Below, in pieces: positions 12,469 to 25,807 of a stretch of 64,000 bases of DNA. Within the stretch, counting starts at the first letter, position 1. Every line of letters starts with the position of its first letter. Both the position numbers and the translations under genes were made by a program. The stretch comes from Rhynchobatus australiae (lineage: Eukaryota): NCBI GenBank assembly GCA_034780895.1, contig JAUZTB010000074.1, forward strand, positions 13,047,631 to 13,111,630, read 5' to 3'. The notes below the pieces were generated by a model, which made no database searches, was not told the DNA's origin, and saw nothing but the letters and a program-made list of their open reading frames with translations.

Positions 12469-12984
12469 TGAACTGGGCCACGTTAATGTTGGGAATGTAC
12501 ATATTGGCCAAATGGGGTTCACAAATTGCCAGCTGCTACACAGCAAGTCACTAGTTCCCTAGTGTCATTGATAGTGACTGGATTTGTCCAGAGCCATAAC
12601 AAAAGAATGTTTTTTGTTGACTTTAAAAGAGTTTGCTGCCAAAATGAGAGCAGGTGTAGGGCATTCAACATTCAAAAGCCACTTATGATGTCGATCAGAA
12701 AGTCCAGCAACTACAAATCATCACAAACTGCCCAGCCAGCTGCCTGTCAATAGCCCCACAAATATTGGAGCTCCCCTCATTAGTTGCATCATTCACCATG
12801 GTCCCAGATGTCCTACTCTCCTAACACCTCAGCAGCTTTCACCTACAGCAAGTTACAAGGTTCATGATGAAAGGCAAGGGTTGGTGCTCCTGTTGGTGGA
12901 GCACACCACACATTTCTCCATTCCAGAAAGTTCTGAGCCACTGTCAGTCCATAGCATCAACTCATGGCAGGTGGCAGTTTGAGT

Positions 12985-13265
12985 AGGTCACACAGTATAG
13001 CGGTTAGCGTGACGCTATTACAGCGTCAGCGACCCAGGTTCAATTCCGGCCAATGTCTGTAAGGAGTTTGTATGTTCTCCCCGTGTCTGTGTGAGTTTCC
13101 TCCGGGTGCTCCGGTTTCCTCCCACATTCCAAAAACATACAGGTTAGGAAGTTGTGGGTCTGCTATGTTGGCGTGCTGACACTTGTGAGCTGCCCCCAGA
13201 ACACTATGCAAAAAGATGCATTTCGCTGTGTGTTTCAATATAATAAAGATACATCTTATCTTCAT
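12985..13265 (+). mobile_element. tRNA-derived V-SINE with Rex/Babar-like tail
   Basis: A box tagcggttagcg, B box ggttcaattcc, V-domain gtttgtatgttctccccgtgtctgtgtgagtttcctccgggtgctccggtttcctcccaca, tail atgcaaaaagatgcatttcgctgtg...taataaa. Confidence 0.9.
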
Positions 13266-15044
13266 CACTATGTAAAAGTAAGAGAGACCTAGAAATGTGC
13301 TAGCCCTGGAAACTTACTCAAATGACACATGTGAAATTCAGGAAATGATTGCAGTGTTTATATAGTACACCTTGTGCTGTTACATCCATTGGCAAAGATT
13401 CACAGGGTGTATCTTCAGAGTCCCTTGGCACCTGCTGAATCCAACTGGTAACAATCGAATTCATGTCCATAGATCCATAAACGGAGGTATTTGTTGCCTA
13501 CAACCTCTGCTGGAAGTCATTAGAAAGATTTAGCAGTGTATATCCAAGTTATGGCAAATCAAACAAATACGTAGCATTTGTTGTATTAGTTGAAGTAGTA
13601 CAGAAGAGAATTCACTCATGTCCAAGATTCTGGAAACCCTGTAGAAAAGAACTAAGTGAGCAAAGTGGTCACATCCAGAGGCCCTGGTTCTTCCTGCTGT
13701 CCACATCTGTACCTAGTTCTAGATGTGCGCTTCATACCATGCATTAGGTGCATAAGCACGGCTGAATTTGGAAAGGCAGACAGCAAATTAGCACTGATGT
13801 CATTCCTGCCTTCTCTGCATAACTCAGTTTGTGCATCCACTGCACACAGTCCGCAATTTGGTGCGCACTACAATAGAGCAATTGAAATTAAAATTGCACA
13901 CAAATTGAGTGACAAAGCATGGAAAAAAAAACAGGACACGATTAACGTCTCCTTCAGTGTTGTCACTGAGCCTGTTTTGGAGGGCGGGAATGGGGCAGGA
14001 AGTGGATGAATCTCATTCTTATCTCTGTGGGATTTGGGGAGAATTTAATTTACTCAGCAGTATAATAGATGAACAAACCATGTGGTTCTGAGGTGTGCTA
14101 AAGATACATATCCAGTGATATTTTATCAACTGTGTTCAAAAATGTTCCATCTGTATATCATTTCCTTGTTGTATTAGCACTGCATTGCAACAGACCAGAA
14201 AATAGCTATTTTGTATGGAATGCTGTTGGGTGCGATAGTTCCATGGGAAGCTGATTTGTTGAGGCATGCAATCTGAAGTTGGTTTTTAGGCCACATGGGT
14301 ATAGAATCACCAAATGTTTTCAGAGACAGTCAGTAATGAAGACAAATTGACATATGCTTTGCTTGCTACATACATCAGAATAAATCACTTGTACACTTAT
14401 TAAAATAAAAGATGATTTGAAAGTAGATTAAAGTACTCTCTGTACATACCAATAAAATATACTTACAAACCATGGAGACTGAACTTTGTTGTTACTACTT
14501 TATTTTTGTTTTTTTTAAAAAAAATCTCTTGCCTGAACTGTGGACGTTAGTGGTCTTTCCCAGTCTTGTGATCCCTGTACACACAGCAGTTCGTGTTGGA
14601 AGCACACCACATAATTCTAGGTAAGGAAGAAAGAGTAACAGTGTGGCCATTTCCAGAGATGCCAAATTCTCCATACGACTGAAACGGCCAACTGATGGAA
14701 ATGCTGACCTCCATTCCCAAAATTCAACTCCTGTGTCTGAAGTTCTCAGCCAGAAGTACAGGCAATTAAAACCAATTAGTGTGTTTTGTTTGTACTTAAG
14801 TAATAAAGATTGGGCACCACACCAAAGAGAACATAAACTCATATATTATCTGATTACATCTTCAGAATATCCCCGAAGACTGCTGGCAACTAAAAACTTC
14901 CAAATGTTGTTTTGTACACTCTACAATTGTAGAAACAGCAATGGTCAGTACCACTAAGTACTAATGACCAATTAAACTCTCTGTGAGTGTTGCTTGATGA
15001 AAGAATGCTGGAAAAGTGAATTTACTGCTATGTTTTACAAAGGA

Positions 15045-15135
15045 GACATGAGATCTTTTATATTTACCTGAGGAGCACCTTACCCAAAAACCAGCTTGTC
15101 TGGCATTCAAGCACTGAAAGTCAGCTTATATTATG
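15045..15135 (-). mobile_element. Degraded Deu-SINE (SacSINE1-like) fragment
   Basis: catgagatcttttatatttacctgagg...gtcagcttatattatg resembles the antisense Deu-domain (catgggatcttttacatccacctgag...gtcagcctagatt). Confidence 0.45.
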
Positions 15136-18100
15136 GCCCAGAAATTGCAGCTGTGTGCTCAGAAATATATCCCTGGATTGTACAGTAATGGCTGCACATA
15201 CTACTCCAGTTCTGACATTCTTTTTCATTGAAGCCATTGATATTGGAAGCAGCACAGGATGCACAGCTACTATTATGTAGCAGACACAGAGGTACTGACC
15301 AGGGATGAATTTCTAGGCAGCAGTTTCTGAGATGTGCACATGATAAATGTGAAAAGCTTCAAGTGCTGACAGTAATACCCTGCTCCTCTACTGGCTGGCC
15401 TGTCACAGACTTTGCAGATGCAATCAACACAGAATCACCAATCTGATGTGAAATTTAACTTTGTACACTGTATTTTCGTGTAAAATCTACTGAAAATATT
15501 AAATCTTTTTGAATGAATGGTTTTGAAGTNNNNNNNNNNNNNNNNNNNNNNNNNNNNNNNNNNNNNNNNNNNNNNNNNNNNNNNNNNNNNNNTAGCCAAT
15601 CCCTCAGAATTACATTTAATAATTCTTTAGTTTTAAAAATAAAAGTTCACTTTTTATTTGAAATTTATAATATTTCATCATCCACCTTATTCCTATGTTC
15701 TAATCTTTGCTTTTTGTAAAATGTTTAAAAAGTTAAATAAAATTAGTGTTTTTTTCTTTCTGGCTTGCAAACACATGAAAAGTCCTCCAGCCAATGGGCT
15801 GCTCAATCTGTGTGATGACATCATTGTTACCGGATGCCGCAAATCCTGCCCCCCCCCCACCCCCCAAGAAAATGCCCATTACAAAGCACATCAAAAGGGA
15901 AAACCTATGCCACAGATTTCCCTTTATCTCAGAAGAAATGTTTATGTGAGGTCAACAGTGAGCACTGTCCCTTCTCCTATTTCTGGACCAATGTTCATGC
16001 TGGGACTCAATGGCTTCCGAATTCAGAGATGGGATGAGAGCCAAGACCATGCCTTCAATCATTGTGAACTTTTTACCAACACCACAATCTAGAAATGACT
16101 GATGGCAATTTGGAAGGCAAATACTTTACACTCAGCTTTGGCCTTTTCTTTAGGGAAGTATTGCTCTGTTTAAGATAGAATATTTAGGATAACTGCCTTG
16201 AGAAGTTATATTGAATACAAATTCCTCGTGTGTTATCAACAGAGACCAGCAGCAACATATAATGCCTTGGATTTATCTTCAATGCTGTGTCAAAGGGCTA
16301 TCTATAGGTAAATGACAAAACAACTGCAAACAATATTTTCCGAATGCCACATCTTTGCTGTGATCAGTTATTTAAGTTACAATTAATACAATGTAAACAA
16401 GAAAAGAAAGATATGCAAACAGATTATTGAAAAAAAATCTTAAATGGTCTTGCAGTTTTAACTAGTTAACTCTTTTTAATGATACTGGGATTAAATAAGG
16501 TGGTTTGGAACTGTTGTTGAATAACATCCAGCCTTAAACCTATTAGCATGCCACTTGGAAGTGCTGTTATTTCTTAGAAACCTGTAAAATTCCAACCTCA
16601 GTAAGAAAATTGTGCCTGGAATGGCATGTGTTTATTGGCCACCTTCAATCTGCCCTTTGTATACTCAAATGTCTCAACTGAGCACAATCTTGCCATCCTG
16701 AATCAGGTATCACAGCTCAGATCTAATACAGGCACTTCTGATTACAATCTAATCAATTTTATAGAATAGAGGAATTCTAAGAACTCCAGGTGGTATCTGC
16801 ACAGATTTGTAGAAAACTTTGAGAACCAGGCTGCTAATGTGGCTGTAGTCCATTTGACTCAGATGGTGGTCCACTCATCACTGACTTGAGATTTAAAATG
16901 GATGCAGAATTGAGCAGTTCAATGCAGACTCTGATTTAAGTGCTGAGGATTCTTCTGGGGTCAATTATACTCATCACCAACATCAATGTTTTGCTCATGG
17001 AGCTGGAAAAGTGTTCTCCAAACTTGCAAAAAGTGTTGAAATTTATTTTGAGTATCAATGAGCAGCAATCTCATTCAATCAGATAAAGTTGCAGATTAAG
17101 CTTACTGTCATTAAGTGTAAAGTGGGAGATTTTAGTTTGGAAATCTTAAACATCATTGCATAGGGATAAAGACATAAAAAAGTGAATAGAATACTGGATG
17201 CTGTGACAAAGATTATAGGATTCAAAAGTGACCAATCTCTATACTTGTTAAAGTAATGCACTGAACACGAAGTGCTTTGGGGACTTTTCCAAGGACATGA
17301 TAAGGTGCTACATGCATGCAAGTTTTTCCATCCTTAAAGTATAAGGCAAAGTTTCCTTGCTGAAATTAGTGGTGGAGTGATTATTTCAACAAAAAGCAAC
17401 CACAAACCATGAAGGTAATCGTACCCTACCCCAAATGAACCTTGAGAGTTCCTATAATATTTCATTTTGAAACAAATATTGTTTATATTGCAAAAATATG
17501 GGCAATAGCAAACTAAACAAGCACAGTACATTCTTATGAAATATTTATATAGAGCTGTTTAGTAACTTTTGGTCCTAAAGTTATTACTATTAGTCAATCT
17601 CATAGATCATTTGGAATACCAAGACGTTAATGCCACGTCGGTGTTGAGCAAAGACTGATTATGAAGTGTGGCAGTGGTTCACAATGTCAGCTGCACACCC
17701 AAAGGTCAGAAACCCATTTCAATTGTGCAGCCTGTCTGTGCTTTAATTCTCGCAGCGTTTACTACTCTTGTGAACTTACTTATGTTTTATACACAATTTC
17801 ATCTTTCACCAAATTCTAATGTGTTCCTTCAAGTTGTTATTGGATTGCTATAATTATTGTAGCTACCTCTAATAACTAGCAGAATGGCTCAAAGGGAATC
17901 ATCTTTTCTGAAATCAGGCAGTTTCACATGGGAGCAAATTGATCTTTGCGGTAGCGCAAACTCACTAGGTTAAAAGTTTGGAGGTGAGAACCAATTGTTA
18001 TGACTTGCTGAACCAGCATTCACATTTCACTGATTGAAAATAACTGGCAAGTTGTTCCTAATCATTGAAAAGCACAGTGACAACAGGTGGCTGATGAGCA

Positions 18101-18237
18101 GCATCTCCTATAGCTGCGAGGCCACAGAAAGTGCTCACTCTCCAGCACCTTCTCCATTATAAGAAGAGACTGTGAAAACATGATTGCTCGATGCACTGCT
18201 TAGAAATCAAACTAAAACTACATCGTTCTGTGCAGGA

Positions 18238-18335
18238 TAAGAACACAGAACAGTGCAGCACAGGAACAGGTCCTTTGGCCCACAATGTTTTGTNNNNNAA
18301 TTAAATTAGTAATTAACTGCCTAACTAAACTAAAC
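18238..18335 (-). mobile_element. CR1 3' tail fragment
   Basis: agaacacagaacagtgcagcacaggaacaggtcctttggcccacaatg is an antisense CR1 terminus; same motif at 41620 and 60965. Confidence 0.75.
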
Positions 18336-18609
18336 TGGATCTGTGGATAACTTCAGTATTAACACACAATCTTTTCATTCTTTCCTTTTGAGGCTTTTAT
18401 CTCATTTAAATTTTCATTCTTTTCCTGTTTGTGATCTCTTTGTTAATTTTTGATTCTCTTGTTTTCTGCTTTACTTTTTCTCTCTCCCTTTCTATCTTTC
18501 TTGCATTTTACTGCTTTACTAATTTTTCTCTGCCAAGTTACTGCATCTCTACTCAGGGGCTACTTGGCTCTGGGTGCACACTGCTTTACTCTTCCTTTCT
18601 GATGTATTC

Positions 18610-18948
18610 TTCAATAGAGTCATTCAGCAGAGAAGCAGCTCCTTCAGCATAGAGTCTGTGCTGACCATCGAGCACCCATTTACACTAATCCCATTTTATT
18701 CTTCCAGCATTCCCATCAATTCTACAATTCACCTACATGCCAGGGGCAATTTACAATGTCCAATTAACCTACTTACAAACCCACATGAATTTGGGATATG
18801 GGAGGAGACCAAAGCATCCAAAAGGAAATACAGCTGGTCCCAGGGAGAACATGCAAACTCCAATGAACAATGCTAGATGTTAGGATTGAACTTAGGATGC
18901 TGGAGCTGTGAAGCATCAGCTCCAGTAGCTACACTTCTACGTCACCCA
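18610..18948 (-). mobile_element. HE1-like V-SINE
   Basis: Antisense tRNA head (aggattgaac...ctggagctgtgaagca), V-domain (cagggagaacatgcaaactcca) and body ggggcaatttacaatgtccaattaacctac. Confidence 0.8.
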
Positions 18949-19039
18949 TCAACTCTGCAAAGTAAAAGGAGAACTAGGAATGAATTTTACCGCATTTGAT
19001 TTTCTGGCCTCAATGTCACAGCACATGTAAGTTTCATAG

Positions 19040-20460
19040 AGAACATTTACAAGTTTTTTTTAAATATGCTGAGGAATCAAGTAGTGGTAGTTTACCAGGA
19101 CAGATTGGGCATGTATTGCTTCTATCAGACCAGTTTGTACAGCAGATGGTTGCCAAATGCATTTCAAGTGCAATAGGGACAAGAACTGTCTAGAAAGCAA
19201 CAGAAAAAGCTACAACTAGAAGGCAGAATCCAAGGCACCTGGGTGTCACCATCATGCATATGCATTACTGACATAATGGAAGCAATACGCTGCAAATATG
19301 TCAATTCAAAATGTTAAAATATTTTAACTGTCAGAGAGAAGTGTATGTATTCTCAGTGCATAAGTCCAAAGCCAAGATAGTTAGTCAAAGCAACTCTAGC
19401 TCTGTGATTTCTTCATACGAGAGAAATTTGCACTATAAAAAGCCACAGACAGCAAGTTTACACAGTAATAAAGCCAGTGAGGATACAGAAGAATTGGGCT
19501 TATATTTTATTGATGCCACCAGTGGCAATGTTGGAAAGCAAAATGACTGCAAGACAAAAGACAGTGCATCGACATGAACATGGATAAAGCAGCAGATTGC
19601 TCAATCATAGATTGGGATACAAATCNNNNNNNNNNNNNNNNNNNNNNNNNNNNNNNNNNNNNNNNNNNNNNNNNNNNNNNNNNNNNNNNNNNNNNNNNNN
19701 NNNNNNNNNNNNNNNNNNNNNNNNNNNNNNNNNNNNNNNNNNNNNNTGTTTAGTAAATTACAACAGAAAATGGAACTACCAATATTTGCAGCTGATTACA
19801 CTAAGAAAACAACAAAATAACATTGAGACTGGTATGAAGTGTTCTGCTTCAAAATCACACTGAGACATTTTATTCAGAAAGTATGTAGAAATATTCCACA
19901 ACCAATGTAAGTCCTGAACTCTCAGAGCTGCTTTGAAGAACCAGGTGGAGGAAGGGTCAGATAAATTTGAACAAGAGGGAGTTCAAAATGAGAGCATGAC
20001 AGTGTGACTGTGCAGTACCAATTGTAGTGGAATGTAAGACAGATAGAACTGCTGAACTAAGCAGTCGATGATTAACAGAGGCCATTACCTACTCTTCAGG
20101 ATCGATATGAAGAGTTGGTACGAGCCAAGGTTTCACCAAATCAGATTTTTCACTTGCATTGTTCAGCAGAAGGTGGTGTCAACAAGAAATATTATTTAGT
20201 CCAAGAAAGAGCTGCTGTTGATACACAAAGCTACCTACTAATGTGAAATCATCATCAAGAGCTTTTAAGCTAACATGAGTAAGATACTATAAGGCATAGA
20301 ACATTATCTATGCAATCAAGATGATGTACTAATAGTCACAAGTACTGCCAAAAATCTTTACACATTAGAAGCCTAAGGGCACTAATGTGAAATAATGTAA
20401 AGCTCAACAGAGGCAAGTGTGCATTCATCTTGGGCCACAAGTAGATGCATCATCTGGCAG
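19040..20460 (+). mobile_element. Highly decayed Gypsy/Ty3 LTR-retrotransposon internal region (gag-RT)
   Basis: Colinear remnants: Gag knuckle-like ICQFKMLKYFNCQRE (~19300), ALKNQVEEGSDKFEQEGV (~19930), DCAVPIVV (~20005), ANMSKIL*GIEHYLCNQDDVLIV (YxDD region, ~20270-20340), KLNRGKCAF (~20400). Confidence 0.75.
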
Positions 20461-21267
20461 AACTGGCCAGGAACCAGGTAGACTATCGTGAAGGCTACAG
20501 TTGTAGACTGGAGATAAGACCAATAAATCTGCTATCAATCCAGGCATCAAGGGCCCACCCAACTGGGCCTGGGACCATGTCAGGACCAATGTAATTTATT
20601 TACCTAGGTTCACATTCAAGTCCACATTCAGTTCTAGATGCAGGTGCATTGCACCAAGGTGTAGTGACACATCTGTCACTATAACACTTGGCTATGTTAC
20701 TGCTAGGCACAGATCTGTCACTGTATAAAACTGGTGTAGGTTACTGGCAGGTGCAGTTTCTTGCAGGCATTAATTGGAATTTCAAAGAGTTCTTTTGAGG
20801 AGCTTGAACAGACAGGATAGGTTGCAAAATTCTTTCACATATCATTCTTGTCACAGCCCTTTCTAGACTTTAACNNNNNNNNNNNNNNNNNNNNNNNNNN
20901 NNNNNNNNNNNNNNNNNNNNNNNNNNNNNNNNNNNNNNNNNNNNNNNNNNNNNNNNNNNNNNNNNNNNNNNNNNNNNNNNNNNNNNNNNNNNNNNNNNNN
21001 NNNNNNNNNNNNNNNNNNNNNNNNNNNNNNNNNNNNNNNNNNNNNNNNNNNNNNNNNNNNNNNNNNNNNNNNNNNNNNNNNNNNNNNNNNNNNNNNNNNN
21101 NNNNNNNNNNNNNNNNNNNNNNNNNNNNNNNNNNNNNNNNNNNNNNNNNNNNNNNNNNNNNNNNNNNNNNNNNNNNNNNNNNNNNNNNNNNNNNNNNNNN
21201 NNNNNNNNNNNNNNNNNNNNNNNNNNNNNNNNNNNNNNNNNNNNNNNNNNNNNNNNNNNNNNNNNNG

Positions 21268-22452
21268 GCAGTGTACTTGATTTAATCTATATGGATTTTT
21301 AAAAGGATTTTGACAAGGTCCTGCATGGCAGACTAGCCAAAATAGTTAAAACCCATGAGATTCAAGGGAGAGTGTCAAACTGGATCCAAAATGGTTTCAG
21401 TGGTAGGAATCAGGGGGTAAGGGTTAAGAGGTGTTTTGTGACTAGAAGGTCTTTACCAGTGGAGTTCTATGGGGCTCAGTACTCAGTCTCTTGTTTTTAT
21501 GTTGTATAATAACTTACATTTAAATGTAAGGGATATAATAAAGAGGTCTGCAGATGACACAAAAATCTGCTATGTGGCTGACAATGAGAAGCTTTCAACT
21601 GCAGGAATATTTATGGATGATCTAGTCAGTTGGGCACAAAAAGTGGCAAATGGAATTTAATCCAGCGAAGTCTGAGGCAATGAATTAGGGGAAGTACAAG
21701 TAAGACAAGGGAATATACAACAAATGGGAGGATAATGATTGCTATGGAGTAACAGAAACATTGGAGTATATATGCACAGATCCTTAAAGGCAGCAGGACA
21801 GGTCAATAAGGTAGTTAAAGAAGCATACAGGAATGGCATCCTTTATTAACCAAGGCACAGAATATGAGGGCAGGGAGGATATGCTGGAACTGTATACTAC
21901 ACCAGCTCGACCACGGCTCAAGTACTGCGTAAAGTTCTGGTCACCGCATTAGAAAATATGATTGCCCGAGAGAAACTGCAGGAAAAGATTTACAAGGATG
22001 AGGGCAAAAATGGAAAACTGTATCTATGAGGGAAGAATGGATCAGCTGGGATTGTTTTCATCGGAACAGAGAAGGGTAAGAGGAGACAGAATGAAGGTAT
22101 ATGGAACTATGAGTAAATAAGTCGGACCGACTTCCTTAGCAGACAGGCCAATAATCAGGGGAAGGAGGAGATTTAAAGTAATCGGTAGAAGGATTAGAGG
22201 GGAGATGAACATTTTTTTCCAATTATTCCAGAGGGTGGTAGGGCTCCAGAATACAATGCCTGAGAAAGTGGTGTGGGAGAAACCTTCCTCACATTTAAAC
22301 AGTACTTGGGTGTGTATTTGAAGAACTGTGACCTGTCGGGCTATGACCCAGTGCCGGATGGTGGGATTAGACTGGAGAGCTCTGTGCAATCGGCGTGGAC
22401 AGGATGGGTTAAATAGTCTGCTTCTGCATTATAAATTTTCTCTGATTCTACA
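21268..22452 (+). mobile_element. CR1 LINE RT 3' half + 3' UTR
   Basis: DLIYMDF..FDKV.HGRL, SADDTK, YCVKFWSPH and LGLFSSEQRR motifs with stops and frameshifts; terminates in a CR1-type tail. Confidence 0.9.
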
Positions 22453-23621
22453 AAGCTACAGTGGCTGAAAACATCCAGCCCCACCCCCTGCCCCATAACT
22501 CATCATCCGTCACAGATAAAAATACCAAGCCTTCTAGATTCTTTTCAGTTCCACAGCTGGCTACCTGAATATCTAATAACTTAACTTCTCAAACAAGAAC
22601 ACACACTCACAGAACTCAGCACAGATGTGCTTGTGATATACAAGGGAACAGACCATTAAACACCTATGCCATTAGTACGATGCAATTCATTACCTTTACT
22701 ATATCTTGCAATCTTGAAGTCTTTGTTCAGAAGAATAGCAGCTGTCCAAAAGATAAATAAAGTGCTTGATGAATGAGATTTCCCCTGTGGGTGTTGGTAG
22801 GGCCTGGTGAGATTAAAGATGACATTGATGACCTTTCCAGCCATTGGCTTCACACAGCCGCTGGGTGACTGTCATCATGGGGCAGGTGACAGACCTCAGT
22901 TACAGCCTCTACATTGAGCCTCAGCTTCCTCCTTGTGGTGTTACTCTGCCATTACCAAATGGCCAACGTTATTCTAGTACAACTGTTCTCTGGTTTCCAT
23001 CTACTGAGAATCACTGATCTTTGGACCTCCTGATTGGTAATTTCAACTTCTTCCAGCTCTGCTGTAATGTATGTACCCTTGGTTCATTACACACTATCCA
23101 ACCTGCTATTCATGTCAGTGATTATTGTGGTATTTCTTTAAAAGCTTCCTGTTTATTAAGCTGTTTGCTAGCAGGTTTGGACAGGATAACCAGATGGTTA
23201 CAGAATGTTGCACACCAATAATTACCTTATTATTGCCTTGCCAATTAGATTCTCATGCACTTTGCATTAATGCCCATTACTTCCCTTTTCTGGAGCCGTA
23301 AGAACCAATACTAAACACAAAGAAATGCTCCATTACTGTTTTCCACTGACTTTAGACCCCTACATGTTTACATTTACTTTTCTAATAACATTTTCAAATT
23401 CAGAAAAATATTGGCCTTCACTGCTTTGGATTAAACAATCTTCATTTTAACAACAAGTTAAAGATTCAAACTAACAACTTAGAAGATGTAAGCTAAGAAA
23501 CATGGAACAAAAAAAAATAAACAAACCAGGCATTGAAGCAGAAACAGCAACAACACTGGCATTTGTGTCAAGTGATCTCTGTTGTGTGGGACTTCTTGGT
23601 AAACACATATCAGCCTATGTC

Positions 23622-24035
23622 TACCACTGCTCAGTCGGTGGCACTCTTCTTTCTGAATTAAGTTGTGAGTTCAAATCCTGTTCCAAAGACCTCAGCATAA
23701 AAATACTTTAGATGAAACACCAGCACAGTACTGNNNNNNNNNNTCAGAGGTGGTACCCTCTCCAGTGAAGAGGGATAGGTTGAACTCTCAACTGGATAGA
23801 AATATTATGGCACTAATCTGAAGAGAAGAGCTTAGCCACCAATGTCCTGGCCAATATTTATTTGCCCAACATCACACTGAAACAAAATTTGAGACCATCA
23901 TCATTTTCTGTGTGGAAATTGGCTGCATGTTTACAATAGTGGTGGCACTTTAAAAATACTTATTTAGCTATAAAGCACCTTGGTGGTGGTGGGAAAATGG
24001 ATTGACTTAAAGTTGTGAAAAGCACTCTATTTTAC
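23622..24035 (+). mobile_element. Deu-SINE (SacSINE1-like), near full length
   Basis: tRNA head gctcagtcggtggcactc...gagttcaaatcc, Deu core tatggcactaatctgaagagaagag...gtcctggccaatatttat, L2-type tail gttgtgaaaagcactctat. Confidence 0.8.
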
Positions 24036-25469
24036 ACAATTCTAACCTAGGTCAGCTAAAGATAAAAAGAAAATGGATCAATGAGACTGCCTGAAATATC
24101 ATGCTATTCATTTTACTTTCAGTTCCTGAAGTAGCTGAAGAATGTAAATAAAAGGGATAATTGAATGCTTATTTCTTACTGATTTAATGTAGAGCAGAAA
24201 GAACAGCAAAAAAATAATTCTAGACTCTCAGGATGGAGCCAATGTTAGAACAATACAATGTTCCAGCAAAGACAGTTTCCAGACATGGCTGTAAACTTGG
24301 TTATAAAAGTCATCTGGCTGATAAGCATCTAGCCATGCTGTCAGAAGGTGATAAATCCGACTATTCTAATCCACTTTAGGTTGGGTTTGTCTGATTTAAA
24401 TAAAATGCCAAATGAAGGAACAGAGAAGTGGTCCATAAACATTTCTGTACATTACTCCAAGGGTTCTACACATTAAGAACATGAGGTTAGTAAGTTTACT
24501 TGTGAGAGAAAAGGAATATCAGTGAGTTACTTTAGTGATGTCTGATAGGAATCACAGCATCAATTGCAAGCGAGGAAATCGAGATGACAGCTGCATTTTT
24601 TCCTCACTGATAAAAGAATCATGAAATTGTATCCCAAAACATGGAGACTCTTAAAACAAAAGTCTCTTACATTGGAAAGACTTTAGCTATCCCATAAGTG
24701 TTGGCAAACACTAATCTGATTGAATGACAGAAAGAAAAGAACATTTAACCTTCACTGAAGTGATGTTACAAATGCCGTCGCCATTTTGCTCCAAGAGTCA
24801 AAGGTTTACATGATCCGGGGATCAGGATTTAACAAGGACAGCGCCCACTCCTCCTCTGTAATAGATTCCACCACTTCCAGGTTGGATTTATGGGTCAAGA
24901 TGTCCCTTTTTATCTTGTCCCTACGGTAAAGGCTCCATTCACTAATCTAATATAATCTATACTAGGCATACATGCACTCTTGTGTATCTATGACAAGATT
25001 GACCTAAGGACAGAAAGTCACTATGCAATTTGTTTAGCTTGAGCACAACATATTGAATTGCACACAACATTACTTGCGTGGGATATCTTAAGTTTCACAT
25101 CTTATTGGCATGGATATTTAAGAAGGTTTTATAAACATTGGAATAATATTTATGCTTGACTTTCAGAAGGCAGCAAACATTCATCTATCACTTACCAGAT
25201 TCAATAGCCAACCTTGACAAGGAGTTGGTGTCATTGTTAGATTGGCTAACCGTGAATGATGTTCTTATACAGAGGTTTTTTTTTGGAAGGGCTGCAACTT
25301 AACAGCTCAGTACTTTTTTGCTTCTATTGAGCTGATTTTTCAATTTTGCAAGTCTTTCCTATGTCTTTTGTGACGGGTTCCCAGTGATCTGATCTATTGC
25401 CTGCTGAACATAGATATTGCTTATGGAGATAGATGTTTTCTCTTAAAAGAAAGGCAATATGTTTTCTTC

Positions 25470-25785
25470 AGTGCACTGGCTAAAGCTGCCAAGTAGCTCC
25501 AAGGGTACTGGTATTTATCTTGTCTCTTGCTCAAGTAACCATTCTTCCCAGATGGTGCACTCTAGTAGTTTATTCAAGTGTGGGTGTAACAGCTGGAATT
25601 GCCTTCATCTGCCATCCGTATGTGGTCACTGGACGGCAGCCCGGCTGTGGAGCATTGGTCAATTCTCATCACAACAAAAGTGCTCAACCCGATCGTTTAA
25701 TATTGTACCAGCCAAGTTCTACTTGAGGTAGGATGTGAACCCATAATCTTTGCTCACTATAACCAATGGTACTACACCACATATT
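25470..25785 (-). mobile_element. LF-SINE-like relic
   Basis: Colinear blocks matching the antisense LF-SINE consensus as remembered: ctccaagggtactgg, cttgctcaagtaaccattcttc, gggtgtaacagctg, ggtcactggacggc, then an antisense tRNA-like head (gtgaaccc). Confidence 0.55.
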
Positions 25786-25807
25786 TTTATATTATACTAT
25801 ACATATA

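Noticed and set aside
12985-13060. tRNA gene
   Set aside because: A/B boxes are followed by a V-domain and a LINE-like tail, so this is a SINE head; the same applies to the other SINE heads.
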